Source: Vicugna vicugna
Lineage: Eukaryota
Direction: 5' to 3'
Assembly: GCA_013265495.1 (NCBI GenBank)
Contig: MU058844.1
Location: 1,963,520-2,027,519 of the forward strand
Length of the DNA: 64,000 nt
Positions within the stretch are counted from its first letter, which is position 1. Every line of letters begins with the position of its first letter. The position numbers and the translations under genes are program-made. Below the pieces are notes generated by a model that was not told the DNA's origin, searched no databases, and worked only from the letters and a program-made list of their open reading frames with translations. Positions 1 to 12,564 of the stretch are shown here, piece after piece.

Positions 1-169
1 GTACACATTCCTTCCAAACTATTTCTGACTTCTCTAAGGCTACTTTAGGTATACTCTTTATATTCATTCACCCGTTCAACATGAGATACCATGTAAAGAT
101 GAAAAGACATGCACTAGGCTTGAGAATTACTTATGACTGGGATATAGATTATTGTGGAAACATTTACAA

Positions 170-760
170 ATTATGATATCCAGTGCTTTAAGGAGCACAT
201 GTTTGCTACACAATATGGGCACTGGGCGGGAATACTTAAGTGAGAGTAGATAGTGCGAAGCCGTTAAACTAAGACCTTGAGGGTAAGTAGGTATATAATA
301 ACAGGGTGGTTTGGTTGAATGGGGACAGAGAGGACATCCAGGCAAAGGGAACTGCTTGTGCAAAGGCCCAGATGGAAAATATTCAGAGAAAAAAATTAAC
401 TGGGAATAGCCAGTGACAGGGAGTAGAAGTGGCATTAAATAAAATGATTTGAAGGTGAGCCCACATCCTAAAAAGCCTCATCTGCGATGCTGTAGATAGG
501 GTGACCACGTTATTTATAGTCTAAACCGGGACACTTTTGAGAGACATAGAGGGGTGCTATTAATAATTCCCCTGATGAGAGTGTAAACCAGGAATGTCTT
601 TGTTGAGCTGAGATCCACGGTTGTCTTAGCGATAGGCAAAGGGTATCACTGAAGGATTTTGAAGAGGAAAATGGTGATATAAGATGTAGATGTTAGACTA
701 ATAACACTGATAAAGCATGAAGGCTGGATTAAAGTTCCAGACATTGAGAACTAGCGTTTA
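170..760 (-). mobile_element. L2 LINE fragment, interrupted by MER81
   Basis: Antisense L2 motifs such as 'catccaggcaaagggaactgcttgtgcaaaggccc' and 'cactgaaggattttgaagagg'. Boundaries approximate. Confidence 0.65.
497..628. mobile_element. MER81 (hAT-Blackjack) non-autonomous DNA transposon
   Basis: Starts with the TIR tagggtgacc, contains 'aaaccgggacacttttgagag...gctattaataatt', and ends in a decayed TIR (ggttgtctta). Degenerate 8-bp TSD gctgtaga/gcgatagg. Confidence 0.85.
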
Positions 761-1709
761 GAAGGGGCTTTTGGTGCTGACATCAGCCTATCAACCTGCG
801 AGCCCATCTTTCCCCAGATGGCTAAAGATAAACTCAACTGGGTCAGTGAACTCATGAGGCAACTCTTTTACCCCTGTCAGATGTTCAAGAAGTGATGTTG
901 CTTTGCTCTTCCAAGTCCACAGAAACATAAATTGCTGGTGAGCTAGCTCGTCAGCAAAACAGGGCTCTTCACTTACTTGTCTTGACATTTTACTCAAGGA
1001 AAAATATTGGATAAAGGACTGAGAAACTGGCAAATCACTACTACTCTTTCTTTCTCTGTGGTCCCAGAGCACTAATATTTACGTAGCTCAGCTGAGTCAG
1101 TGATGTGCATCCCGTTGAATCCCTGCACGATGCTCTCTGCTTTAATGGGCTGATGGGACCATAAAAAGGAGCTGGGGAGGGAGGCTGGGGGGCTGCAGGG
1201 CACATTAAAACTTCAAGATAATCACTCTTGTAAAAGCAGAGGGGCCTGAAGGGAGTGCAGCTGTTTCTGCTTCTGCATGCAGTGTTCGCAGAGTCAAACT
1301 TTCGGCTTTATTTCCTCCATCTTCTAGATTCTGATTTGTGATTTGAAGTTTTACCAGCAGAGGAATCCTGGGTCTTGGAGGCTCCTCAGTTTTATATTTG
1401 CTTTTTTGTTCCTTAGATATTGACTAGCTTTCCTAATGACTCATTTTCACATCGTATTTTACATTTTTCTTGTTGAGCTATACATGTTACATTTCCCTGA
1501 GGCAAAATAACCCTAGTCAAAGTTCTTATAAAACAGTTTGTGTACATACCAAACCAGTATAAATAACATTATGCTTTTAGACCCTTAACCCTTTCTAAAT
1601 GAATACTGATTCTTATGTTTATGTATTTTAAATTACCCTTGATAAAACAAAATTTTTTGAGCATGCTGTTGTTCTAAAAAGTATTCTCTCCATGTTAAGA
1701 ATTCCCGTT

Positions 1710-2350
1710 TCCATTCATTCATGTATTAAACAGTTATTGTTGAGTATCTGTCATGCCCTTGGCACTGTGTAAAACCCTGGGTTCACTGTGATTTAAAAGA
1801 CAAAATTCTTATTCTTAAAGACTGTACAATTTATTGGAGGTAAAATGGGGGAGGTTAACGGAAGGAGCTGTAAATACAGGCTATTTATCTGTGGCAGTCA
1901 TTCTCAAAGGGTGGTCTCAGTCCCAGCAGCATCTGTAGCACCAGGAAACTTGTTAAAAATACAGATTATTGAGTCTGTCCAAAATCTGTTGAACCAGAAA
2001 CTCTGGGTTGGGGCCCAGCAGTTTTTGCTTTAACAAGCCCATGCTTAACTCTGAAACTTGCTCATTTGAGAACCGCCAAACTATAATATAAGATGTTAAG
2101 TGTTGGGTGGTATGGGAGAACATGTGCAGCTGTGTGGGGTCAGGGAGAACTTCTTAAAGAAGTTATTTCTAAATGGAGAATTGAAGAATACGTAGGAATT
2201 GGACAGGCAAAGTGCAGGCGGGATTGGGGAGAAATCAAGTCCAAGGAGAACATGTACTGAAACCAACTAGAAGTGAAAAATAGCAGAGCTTATTCAGAAT
2301 TCAGGAGGAATTCAGGGAGGCTGGCACTTTGAATAGTGGAGGGTGGAGAC
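1710..2350 (-). mobile_element. L2 3' end, interrupted by MER5A
   Basis: 'cattcattcatgtattaaacagttattgttgagtatctgtcatgcccttggcactgtg' is an antisense L2 tail. L2-like sequence resumes after about 2080. Confidence 0.65.
1895..2078. mobile_element. MER5A (hAT-Charlie)
   Basis: 'cagtcattctcaaagggtggtc...gaaacttgttaaaaatacaga...tttaacaagccc...tttgagaaccgc' matches the MER5A layout and TIRs. Confidence 0.85.
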
Positions 2351-2675
2351 TGTTTACATCTCTCATCCAGGGACAGGCAAAGCCTACCGTCACATCTACA
2401 GACAGCAGGATGGTGAAAACCACAGCTGCTGTCAGGGATAACAGGTAGGTTTTTCACATCCGGAAGGTATGTCAGGGTAAAGCCAGTGGGGAAAGAGGTG
2501 CAACTGGGAGCGTGGAGTTAGGGAGCCTCACGATCCATCTAGGCAGATTGGCAGAAAGTATGTAGGAAGGATGATCCAGAAAACACGTGTGAGCTCAAAT
2601 TAGTGTTAGGTAGTTAGATAAGTGGGGGCACTGGGCGGATAAGATGGAGCAGAAGGAGGACGGTCCGGAAGGTGG

Positions 2676-3160
2676 TGTTAGGCCCACTTTCAGCATAAAG
2701 GGGCTTTCCTTCCTCTAAATGAGTGCCAGCAAGAAACCAGTTAGAACCCGACAGCCACAACTGCATGGTAGCAACGAGGACCTAACCAGATGTGACCCAA
2801 TGCTCATTGTAATATAATTAGCATTGCAGTTTGACCCTTCCCCCATGGGTTTTTCTGTGTGCATCATGGGTAGGGACATGCACAAAAGCAGACAAGTGTG
2901 ACTAAGCACTCCAGGGGCAAGAGCCATCAATCAATCAAGAGACCACCTCTAAGCCAGGGAATAAGAGAAGGGGCAAACAAAGGCCACGGCTGTCCTCCCT
3001 TGGATCAGCCCGCCTCGCATTCTTGGAGGCGTACTTTTGCTCTGCTAACAAAAATCTTTAAAATCTTTCACTACACAATGCTTCTGTCTCCCATCTGCAT
3101 TCTTCTCTTTTGGGTAAGACAAGAACGGAGACCTTTTTCCCTTCCCCTTTTGGAGTAACA
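2676..3160 (+). mobile_element. Solo LTR, ERV1-like, family not assigned
   Basis: About 485 bp from TGTTAG to TAACA, with an LTR-like 3' part ('ctttcactac...attcttctcttttgggtaagacaagaac'). No clean TSD. Confidence 0.6.
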
Positions 3161-3185
3161 CTAGGACTCCTCCTCAAGACAAAGG

Positions 3186-3595
3186 TGTCTTTGTTTGCTA
3201 GGCCTGCCATAACAAAAGACCACAAACACGGTGGCTTAACCAGCAGAAATTTGTTTTCTCACAGTTCTGGAGGCTAGAAGTTCAAGGTCATGGTGTTGGC
3301 AGGGTTGGTTTCTTTGAGGTCTCTCTCCTTGGCTTGCAAATGGCCATCTTCTTGCTGTGTCCTCACCTCACAGGATCTTTCCTCTGTACAGGCACATCCT
3401 AGTGTTCCTTTATGAGTCCTAATTTCCTCTTCTTAGAAGGACTCCAGTCATATTGGACTAGGGCCTACCCCAGTGGCCTTGTTTTAGCTTAATTATCTCT
3501 TTAAAGATCAATATCTAAATACACTCACACTCTGATGTACTAGAGGTTAGAGCTTCAGTATATGCTTTGGGAAGGACACAGCTCAGCTCATAACA
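3186..3595 (-). mobile_element. MLT1B-like MaLR solo LTR
   Basis: 'gcctgccataacaaaagaccaca...tctcacagttctggaggctagaagttcaag...ggacacagctcagctcataaca'; full length with TG...CA ends. Confidence 0.9.
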
Positions 3596-3904
3596 GAGAG
3601 AAATAACAAGCAAGACTCAAAGTTCAGAAGAAATGGAATCTTTGGTAGTTAATTAAGATATGGACCCAGAAAGGCAGTGTTTGCCAAGATAATTCAGAAT
3701 GGTTGTACCTAGAGCAATGGGTCCATGTAAGAAAATAACCTAGTTTGTTTCAAACACACGTCAGGTCCCTACCTGGGCCTCCTCAAAGTTCCTTAGGCTG
3801 AGAAGACATTGGGGCATCATGAACTCACATGTATATGGAAGGAAAATGTGATAATATGACATAACAAGTGCAGAGAGAGACAAACTAGTTACCACAGAGG
3901 GAAA

Positions 3905-4130
3905 CTGTATAGTAAAATCTCACCAGATTTGAAAATCAGAAAAGCTGAGTTTGAATGTGGAGTTTTCTGCTTTTCTCTTGTATGATCTTGTTTGAGAAAC
4001 ACAGGTAACCACTCAGTCTTAATTTTCTCAACAGTGAAGGAGGCCTACTAATACCTACTTCATAGGAGTAAATGATAATGTGTATTGAAGTCCAAAAAAA
4101 ATAGTTTTACAAATGTAAGTGATTGTAGCA
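3905..4130 (+). mobile_element. MIR SINE
   Basis: Degenerate core 'ctcagtcttaattttctcaacagtgaagg...atacctacttcatagg'. Confidence 0.6.
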
Positions 4131-5099
4131 ACTCCAAACATAGTAATGATTACTTTTTTATTGAGAGTTTTCTATAAATCAGATACTGCATTAATGCCTT
4201 TATGTACACAATCTCATTTAACTATCATCTGTAAATAAAACCATGCAAGAGTATCTAAAATAAATGTTGAAAACAATTCACAGAAACAAATGTGTTTATC
4301 CAAAATAATCTTTTCTAAGAAATAGTTTACCAATAATTGTTAGTAGGGTGCTTTCCCAGTTCAACACAAGAGATCAAAATTTATCCACAGGAACCATGAC
4401 TGAAGATGTAGTACATGGAAAAGAAGAAATACTCCCTTTACATAGAATTGTCTTGTTTCAAATAATTCAGTGACATGGAGGTTAAGTTTCAATGGAGATG
4501 AGAGAAGAAGATGATGGGTCAGAAGTGAAGAAGGGTGTTCTAATCACTTGATGTGGTTGTTGGGCTTTCTTTGGCTAGCCTACCTGTATAGTGGAGGTGA
4601 GGCTGTCAGAATATCAGAGCTAGGAGCAACAGCCAGGAAGACTATTCTACAAGGTTCATCTAGATCTCTCTGCTTACAAAGCAGTATTCCCACAGTATAT
4701 GACTTCTAAGGTGGGCATTTTGGCAAAGAGAGAAAGAACAAACCAGCCATGGATGTTGTTACATGTCAACTAAAACTAAAGAACAGTCTGATCTACCAGA
4801 CCACTTAGTTTAATTTAACCAGAAACCTCAAGGACACTTTGACATGGATTTTTCAAAATACGAGCAATTCAATAAGAATTTAAGTATGATCCTAAAATGC
4901 AATGTGAAAAGAGCAATTGTCAACATTGGTCCTTAGAGGGGCTTGCTACTGGTTATGGGCAAGAGACAGGACAACTTTATATAATGGAAGACATCTGAGC
5001 TGAGTTGGGGAGCTAAATGGAAAGAATTCGTGTAAATTAAGGAAGATTTAAAGAAGATTCAGATCAAATCACGGAAGCTTGAAGCCACTGGGGAAGAGC

Positions 5100-5516
5100 T
5101 AGGTCTTTGTGCCTCCACATCCCTCTACATCTTGCTCTGTACCTGAAGGAGACTGACATGAAGGAGGCATTGCATCATCCTTACTTCCCTCTCCTGTTTG
5201 GGATCAGTCAACGGGAGGCAGTAGACACCAACAGCACAGTGGAAGAAGGGAGGAAATTGAGGCTATGGATTCAGTTGCCTCATCGTCTCTCTGGCAGGTT
5301 ACTGTAGGCTGGCTTTGTCCCTCTACTAAGGCCACAGTCAAACCTCTAGATGCTGGTAACGGTTCCCTCCTCATTCTTTACAAAGCCCTTGATTTTGTGG
5401 TTCCCTTCCCCCTGTCACATTTGAGTAGACAGTGCCTTGCTTCCCTCTTTTGTAAGGCTTCCCTCAATTACCAAACTTAAGCACAACTATATTCTGATGA
5501 TATCCTGATTGGTACA
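5100..5516 (+). mobile_element. LTR33-family (ERVL) solo LTR
   Basis: 'gctctgtacctgaaggagactgac', 'ggctggctttgtccctctactaaggccacag' and the terminal 'cctgattggtaca' resemble LTR33. Confidence 0.75.
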
Positions 5517-6112
5517 TTTACGTAACAACACAACTGACGAAAAATCAAAAGTTCATTCTGCCCAGAGAGTCTGGTGCAATTCCCAAAAGCCAGGTTTAGT
5601 TGATTTGATTTTTTTCCTCTGTTCTCTCATCTCTCCATTCTCATTGAGATGAGTGGCTATTTACTGTTACCAAGGACATGCAGAGTGATTCAGAAGTTGC
5701 CATTTGAAGAACTGGCAACCTTGAGGTGAGGAAATTGTTTCATGTCAAAATTTTCTCTTATCATAGAATAGATTTCATATTCATAAATCTGTAGAAGTCC
5801 CCAGAGACCGTCTAATATTGTCTAGTTGTGCCTAAAACTGGCTCATGGTCAGATTCATCTAGACAGCTCTCTTAAAACATATCTTTCTATGTATTTCCCA
5901 AGCTCAGCAAGAGCTCCTGCATCACAATCTCTGGGGGCAGCATCTGGACTATTGTATTTTATTTTTATTACTATGTGGTTTCCTGGCTTTCGATTCCCAT
6001 TTAAGGAGTGGGCAAATCAAGGGCTACTGAGGTTCTGTAACTTTCTCAAGTTCAGATAACAAGGCAGAGGTACAGTCAGAATGAGATCCATGACTCTTGA
6101 CTCTCAGTTATT

Positions 6113-6269
6113 AGGGGGCAGTAGACACCAACAGCACACTGGAAGAAAGGAAGAAATTGAGGCCAGGGATTCAGTCCCCTGAATTCTCTCTGTCAGGTTA
6201 CCGCAGCCTGGCTTTGTCCCTCTGCGAAAGGCCACATTTCTAACTCGGCAACCTCAAATCTCTAGATGT
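6113..6269 (+). repeat. Partial direct copy of the LTR33 segment at about 5213-5353
   Basis: 6121-6180 aligns ungapped to 5221-5280 at 53/60 identity, offset exactly 900 bp. Confidence 0.9.
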
Positions 6270-8214
6270 TCTCAGTTACTGAGAGCAAGGGAATTGAGAA
6301 ATGGGGGAAATCAACAGAAACTTTATAGAGAGAGTTAATGCCCTAGTTTGAAAAGGTATAACACTGAGCACTGATTAAGGGAAACAAGGTTGTTTCCCAG
6401 TCTGCAAAATTTTACATTCACCAAACATTCAGCTGTATCTCAAAAACCTTTCAGGACTCCTATCACCTCAGTATGGACCTTTTGGTAGAGTTGTTTCCTG
6501 TGATGAATATGATAACCAGCAGTTCGCCCACTCTATTTACATCCTAGGATTGCAATTCCACAGGAAGGACTCAGTGTTCTGATAAGTGATGGAAATAATC
6601 ATTTCATAAATCAGAAGATAACCCTGAGCCTTGCTTTGAAGTCTCACTGATGTTTTCCAATTCATTTCCTAAGGAGAGAAAACCTGCCAAAGTCTTCCAA
6701 GAAGATAAATAATATTTGGCCAGTGGAAATCCGGAGTCTGAAGACAATCAACTGATCAGATATTTTATACTGGAAAAATCATACAAAATCCTTTAGTTTA
6801 TAAAAGAGTTTCTTCTCCCACAATCCTTATCAACAATAAAAAAAAATTAATACAGTCTCTCTTCACTGATGAAGTAAGAATAGAATCAAAAAGAGAAGTG
6901 ACCCATTGATTCCAGTTTGGATGAACTTCTCACAGCAGACATTTGTTGGCTTCCTCAACTATCTAAAACCAGAGGAGGAAGAAGATTCTCCAACAGCAAA
7001 ATCTCATTTGAAGCTAGCCAATTTATCTTAGCCTCTGCTGCTTATCTCTTCATCAGTTTAGGCTATCTGAGCACGGTTGAGAGGCATGCTGGGGGTTTCC
7101 CAGGGCAGTCAGGAGGTCTGGTCAGTCTGCTTTGGTGAGAGTCCTGAGATCTGAGATATCCTTCATCAGTACTGATTAGCCTCACTGGGACCAGTTTGGT
7201 CTAAAGCTTTATTCACCCCCACACTCTCTTCTGAGTGTTCTGGGTTGCAGTTGCTTCTTAGATATGATTTCCAAATTCACTAGTAACTTCAAAACTTATC
7301 AATACAGATGTCTGTCTGAATTTATAGAAGAACTGTGATGATGCATCTTAGAAGAATGCTAGTTGCAGTTGCAAAATGCTTTGGTTAAAAGAAGGTAGAC
7401 AAATGTAGTATTTTTGGTCAGTATTTAGCAATAAGCTATTCTGAATGTTTGGTTATATGGTAGTATTTTAAGAAAATATGTTCACCTAATGAGAAAACAA
7501 CATAGAAACTGGAAATCATGTAATTTACTAAACTAAGACCTTAATTTTTCTTTTAATTCTCTCATTCTTTAAAGTTTGAAATTGCATGACTCTCTAGAAT
7601 GATCTCAGATATTCTTACAGACTTCGAATGGCATTCTAAGCAATTCTTAATTTTAGTCTCTTTATAAAGCGGATATTTGAGCTCTGAAATTTTATATAGT
7701 ATATCTGCAGAGGCTAACACAGTGTGCAAACTACAGATGCTCCCAAAATAGAAAATCTGTATACATTAGGATGGCAGATATCTCTGTCACTTTTATTTAA
7801 GAGTTTTAACCAAAAATGCTATTTTGGCCCCATGAAGTCACTAATGCTCTCTCCCAACTTGGGAAACTTGAGGCTTCAAGCTTGGGGATTGAGGGGGAGG
7901 AGATATAGAAAGTATTTTTCCGTAAACCAAAAAACACAGAAATTTAATGGGCTGTTTTTATATGGAAAATTCTCATTCTATACCATTATTGATCTGAGAT
8001 AAATGCAACGAGAATGCTTTAAACATTTTAAGATCATATTCATTGTCTTTTACAATTTGTCTATTTTTAAATGACAGGAAGATTTTAAAGTTGTTTTAGA
8101 ACTCCAAGTTTTAAATTCTTTCCATTTGGCATTACAACTGAATCCTAATCTTCATTCTTTGATTTTTTTTCTTTCAAAAAATACAATTAATCATTAATAA
8201 TCTCCTTTCTCCAG

Positions 8215-8659
8215 TGTCTTAGATTGGGTTTCCTAGGAGCAGAACCGGAGACAGGAATTCGGATGGTGCTATTTAATCTGCAGAGAACCTTCCAGAGAAG
8301 GGAATGAGGGAAGCAGGACAGGGCAGGAGGAGGAGCTAAACTAGGATGAAGACTCAGCTGGAGATGCTTCAGCCTGATCCCATAGGGAGCATTGAAGCAT
8401 ACATTGTACCTCCCACCAGGTACCTCATTGAGACAGGTGCTGCACCATTTTTATCCCTGGTCAGTCTGTCACTAGCTGTGGGTTGTAGAAGGGTACAGTG
8501 GGGTGGGCATTGCCATGCAAGCTAGGCAGTACTGGATTAAGGGGAGAAGTTCTCCAGGGTAGGGGCTAGCTATGAGCAGCTGTCGGTTCAGGAACTGGCG
8601 GCTGGTGCCACAGCTGGCAAAGTGGGTCAGGGTGTGACAACACTACCACCATCTACCCA
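8215..8659 (-). mobile_element. LTR16-family (ERVL) solo LTR
   Basis: 'tgtcttagattgggtttcctaggagcagaaccggagacaggaattcg...cttcagcctgatcccatagggagc' matches antisense LTR16. Confidence 0.75.
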
Positions 8660-8934
8660 GACAAACAGAACTCTTACTTGTTCTGGGCTAAATTTAAAGT
8701 AACTGTTTTATCGGTTTAATGGAGTATTTATGACACAGCTATGTTTTTCAGTTTAATTATTTATCAATCAAATTAAAAGAAGAGCTCACCTTTGTCTGAC
8801 AGAATGAAGCTAGATTTGACTTCCAGTTTTTTCTATAGTGCCAAAAAAAAAAAAAAACCAAAACAGTAACTTGACTTTCCTAGGCTTCATTCTTCCAATG
8901 TCTGAGTAAAATTATGGTAACTTTCAAAAGTATA

Positions 8935-9122
8935 AGAATTAGCAGTTTGTTTCAGGTGTACAACATGGTGATTCAACATTTGTATACATTGCAAAATGGT
9001 CACCACAGTAAGCCTAATTACCACCTATCACCTTACAAAATTAATACACAGTGTTATTGGCTGTTTTCTCATGCTGTACATTACATCCCCGTGACATTTA
9101 TTTTATAACTGGAAGTTTGGAG
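8935..9122 (-). mobile_element. L1 3' UTR fragment (L1MA9-like, laurasiatherian type)
   Basis: 'gtttcaggtgtacaacatggtgattc...gctgtacattacatccccgtgacatttattttataactggaagtttg'. Confidence 0.8.
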
Positions 9123-9319
9123 ACTTCCAAAAAAAAAAATAATTAGCAATTCGATCTCCTTCAATATGAAGAGAGATTAACATTTCAGGAATTACTGGTT
9201 CTGTAAATGGTCCTGAGATAGCCTCCATTCTACTTATAGGATAGAAATTCCAAACCACTGGGGCAGGAATAACTGGCATAGAGTATTTGCATTGTGCAAA
9301 GAGCATTGTTTCTTTGCAT

Positions 9320-9500
9320 TTGAAATCACTTTTAACACTCTGAGTGTCACCTGCCAAGCAAAGATTGTGATTCCCCATTCTAAAAGGGAAATTGAGGCTC
9401 AGAAATTTTGAGTGGCTCACCTGAAATCATTCAGCAAGTAGGAAGAGCCAAGATTTGAACAGAGTTGAAATATTCTCACTAGAATCAGGCATCTTGCTTT
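9320..9500 (-). mobile_element. MIR SINE
   Basis: 'ccccattctaaaagggaaattgaggctcagaaattttgagtggctcacctga...agagccaagatttgaac'. Confidence 0.7.
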
Positions 9501-10429
9501 TTATTTCCCCCCAGTATTCTGATCAGTAAACTACCTTCCTAATTTGGATAAACTGCTTATACGAAGAATATATTCTCAGCAAATTCCTCTTGGTAACAAG
9601 ATGATTGTCATATACTTTAGCTTATGGTCTTATAGCAAGTGTCAGAGAAGTAGAGTGGTCAGGTTCTTTCAGATGTTTAGAACACACTTCTGGTTAATAA
9701 TTGTGTATCACTGGCCCAAAGCCTAGCACTTCCTAGAAATTCAATCCCTCCAGTGTTGTCTTTTTCAAAGACCATGCAACAGGACCCTAAACAAATCATG
9801 CTTTCAGATACTCGAAGAAGAGAAGGAAGCTGTTTCTATATCTCATCTCCCCCTTCAATGAATTGTTTTTTTTAGCCCTTTTGTTCCCCAGTGAGCTGAT
9901 GATCTCTTCACCTTTTTTCCGGGTTCTCAGTGTTGGGAGCTAAAAATGGAACCTCATTCATGTGTTCAGCATGATTAAAAAGAAAGACATGGGTACAATA
10001 GCCCCCAAAGAATTCTGTTTGAAATGCAAACATTGTCTATTGAGGCCATTTACTTTATGACTCATAAAGAATACCAGGTCTGTTACTTTCCATATTTCCT
10101 TACCAGTGTTTCTCCTACTGATTTTTCAGCTTTGTATGCATTTTTCAGTTGCTATATTTAACTTCTTCCTGCAATCCTCATACCTCTTTAATTACTCTGT
10201 CAGGATTATTCTGAGGAAGAGGGTCGGGTGATGATGTGGGTAGCAGAGAGGGTTTGGCTGTCTCTTTATATGCCCTGTGGGAGGTATCTGGCCCAATTAT
10301 TGGTGCCTCCTTAACTGATGTGTTTGTTGAATGTGGGAGACACAATAGCTCTTTTTCCTCAGCTTCGGGCCCTAGTAATCAACTCCAGGGCGATAAGAAA
10401 CATCACAACGGTTTTGTCATAAATATCTT

Positions 10430-10580
10430 ATTTAACTTCCCCCAAATCCATCTTTCCTTCAGGAAAACTGAAGCTTAGAAAGTTTAAGCAGTTTGTGTAA
10501 AGTCACACAGATGGTGGTGGTAGATTTGTTGCTCAAGTTAAGGCCTGACTGGCTCTAGGAAACACACACGTTCAATAACT
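10430..10580 (-). mobile_element. MIR SINE
   Basis: 'ggaaaactgaagcttagaaagtttaagcagtttgtgtaaagtcacacag'. Confidence 0.65.
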
Positions 10581-11439
10581 GTGACTCCAGAGAAGCACAT
10601 GATTTCTTGTGGATTTTAGTATAATTTGTTAGGTAAGATATTAGAGTGTAAAATATGCAGACATCTAGGCCTGCCTCTATATTCCAGGAGACAGAACTAA
10701 GAGATCAGATGGGGACCTCTGACCCAGGCCCTATCCCCCTTTTATTCCACACCTGCCTCTATCCTCCACCATGAGGAATCTCCAGCTGTATCTTGGGCCT
10801 GGGGTACTCTCAGTAGGATGGATCTGGAAGAAGGGTCTATGTAAATCCTAGAAGCAATCTCAGGAAATTTTGGCAGGGAAATTCAGGGTCCTAAGTAGCT
10901 GGAGGAAGGTCTAGGAAGAGGGGGAGTGTGGGTAACAGACGGTCATGTATCAGGTACCTTTGCCCCATCAACTCCTCCCTAAAAGAGAGAAGTGCAGCGG
11001 GCAGGGCAGGGCGGCAGGAAGGAGGCCAGGCCAGGGGCCCCAGTGCCTGTGCTGAGGGCAGTACTGAATCTCGTGCTGTAGGACGCCTGCCGTCACAAAC
11101 TAGCACAGCTCGTGGAGTTAGTACGCCATCAAAAGTAGAACGTGTTAAACCTAAGCTGTGTCTAATATGCTAGTGTGAAGCACACCTGACTGCAGTGAAG
11201 TGTACTTCCTCTTCTGATGCAAATATGTGGCCAGGGAGGGATGGCCGTATCAGTGGGTTGGCATTCTAAAGAGAGTAAGTAGTTTGTTAATAAAAAAAAA
11301 CGTCCACAGTATTCTTTTCAGCTGCTAGTCATAAAATGTCTTTAATTAAATATTTATGTAGCCACTTTTTGCTGGAAACTGGAGTTATGTAGGAAATAAT
11401 AAATAAAGAGAGTGGTATTAATAGCAACATAAGGAAGAT

Positions 11440-12180
11440 GACCTACTGTGTGCTAGGCTCTGGGTACATCTGCAGATACTGAGGTTACATTTTTAACCAA
11501 GCAGACCTGATTCCTGGTCTTATGGAAACTTTCAGCCTACAAGTATGTAACAGACATTTAAAAATGACTTCTGCATGTAAATAATTATAGTTGTGGTAAG
11601 TGCTATTGAGAAATTTTAGAGTCCTATGAGGGTTTATGTTATGGGCTGAATTATGTCCCTTCAAAATTCATATGTTGAACTCCTAACCTCCTATAACTCA
11701 GAATGTGTATTTGGAGATAAAGTATTTAAAGAAGAAATTAAGAAATGAGGTCATCAGGGTGGACCCTAATCCAATCCGAGTGGTGTTCTAATAAGAAGAG
11801 GAAATTTGGACAGACACATAACAGAGAAAAGTTGATGTGAAGGTACAGGGAGAAGACGGCCATCTACAAGTCAGGGAGAGAGGTCTCAGGAGAAACCAAC
11901 CCTGCTGACATCTTGCTGCTGAGATTGTAGTTACCGGAGCTGTGAGAAAATAAACCTCTGCTGTTTAAGCCTTCCAGTCTGTGATACTTTGTTATAGCTG
12001 CTGTAACAAAGTAATACAGTGTGTAACACAGAATCCATGTCCAGTAAGGGATGGCTAAAATAAGACATTTTTGAGGATGCCTTCTAAATAGAGACCCAAA
12101 GAAGAAATAAGTCTTTATCTAGATGTAAGTAGAAGAAAATAGAAGAAATCTGAATCAGGGATGAACTTGGAAAAAAGGAA
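11440..12180 (-). mobile_element. L2 fragment split by MLT1B
   Basis: 'acctactgtgtgctaggctctggg...gtggtaagtgctattgagaaa' before the LTR, with L2-like continuation after it. Confidence 0.55.
11637..12018 (+). mobile_element. MLT1B-like MaLR solo LTR
   Basis: 'tgttatgggctgaattatgtcccttcaaaattcatatgttga...gagaagacggccatctacaag...aataaa...taataca'; full length. Confidence 0.9.
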
Positions 12181-12260
12181 GTTTAACCACGATAAGAAAG
12201 AGGTGGAATGACCTTTAAACAGTTATTGGGGTTGGTGTAAGCTGAAGGCAGTTGAGCTAT

Positions 12261-12273
12261 AGTGCAAAGTTCA
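12261..12273 (+). promoter_or_regulatory. DR1/HNF4-type nuclear receptor motif
   Basis: AGTGCA A AGTTCA; motif match only. Confidence 0.3.
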
Positions 12274-12564
12274 CTTTCCCAGCCCAGTCCTTGGCCAGCT
12301 ACAGAGCCTTAGCTTCCTTGTTTATGCATGGGCATGCCTTAGTAAGTTACTGTGAGAATGAAAGTCAAGGCTTTGTTCTTTGTTTTCTGGTATGAAGAAA
12401 GAGGAGAGAGAGAGGGGAGAGAGAGAGAAAGGACTTTTGAATAACTGACTGAGCACATCACTTTGTATAAATAGTAGTAGTGCCCTAATAGTACTTTTAC
12501 GAGAAAATCTTAAATCAGTATCAGAATCTAGGAATCCTACGCCTTGCTTTTTCCAGTGTATATT

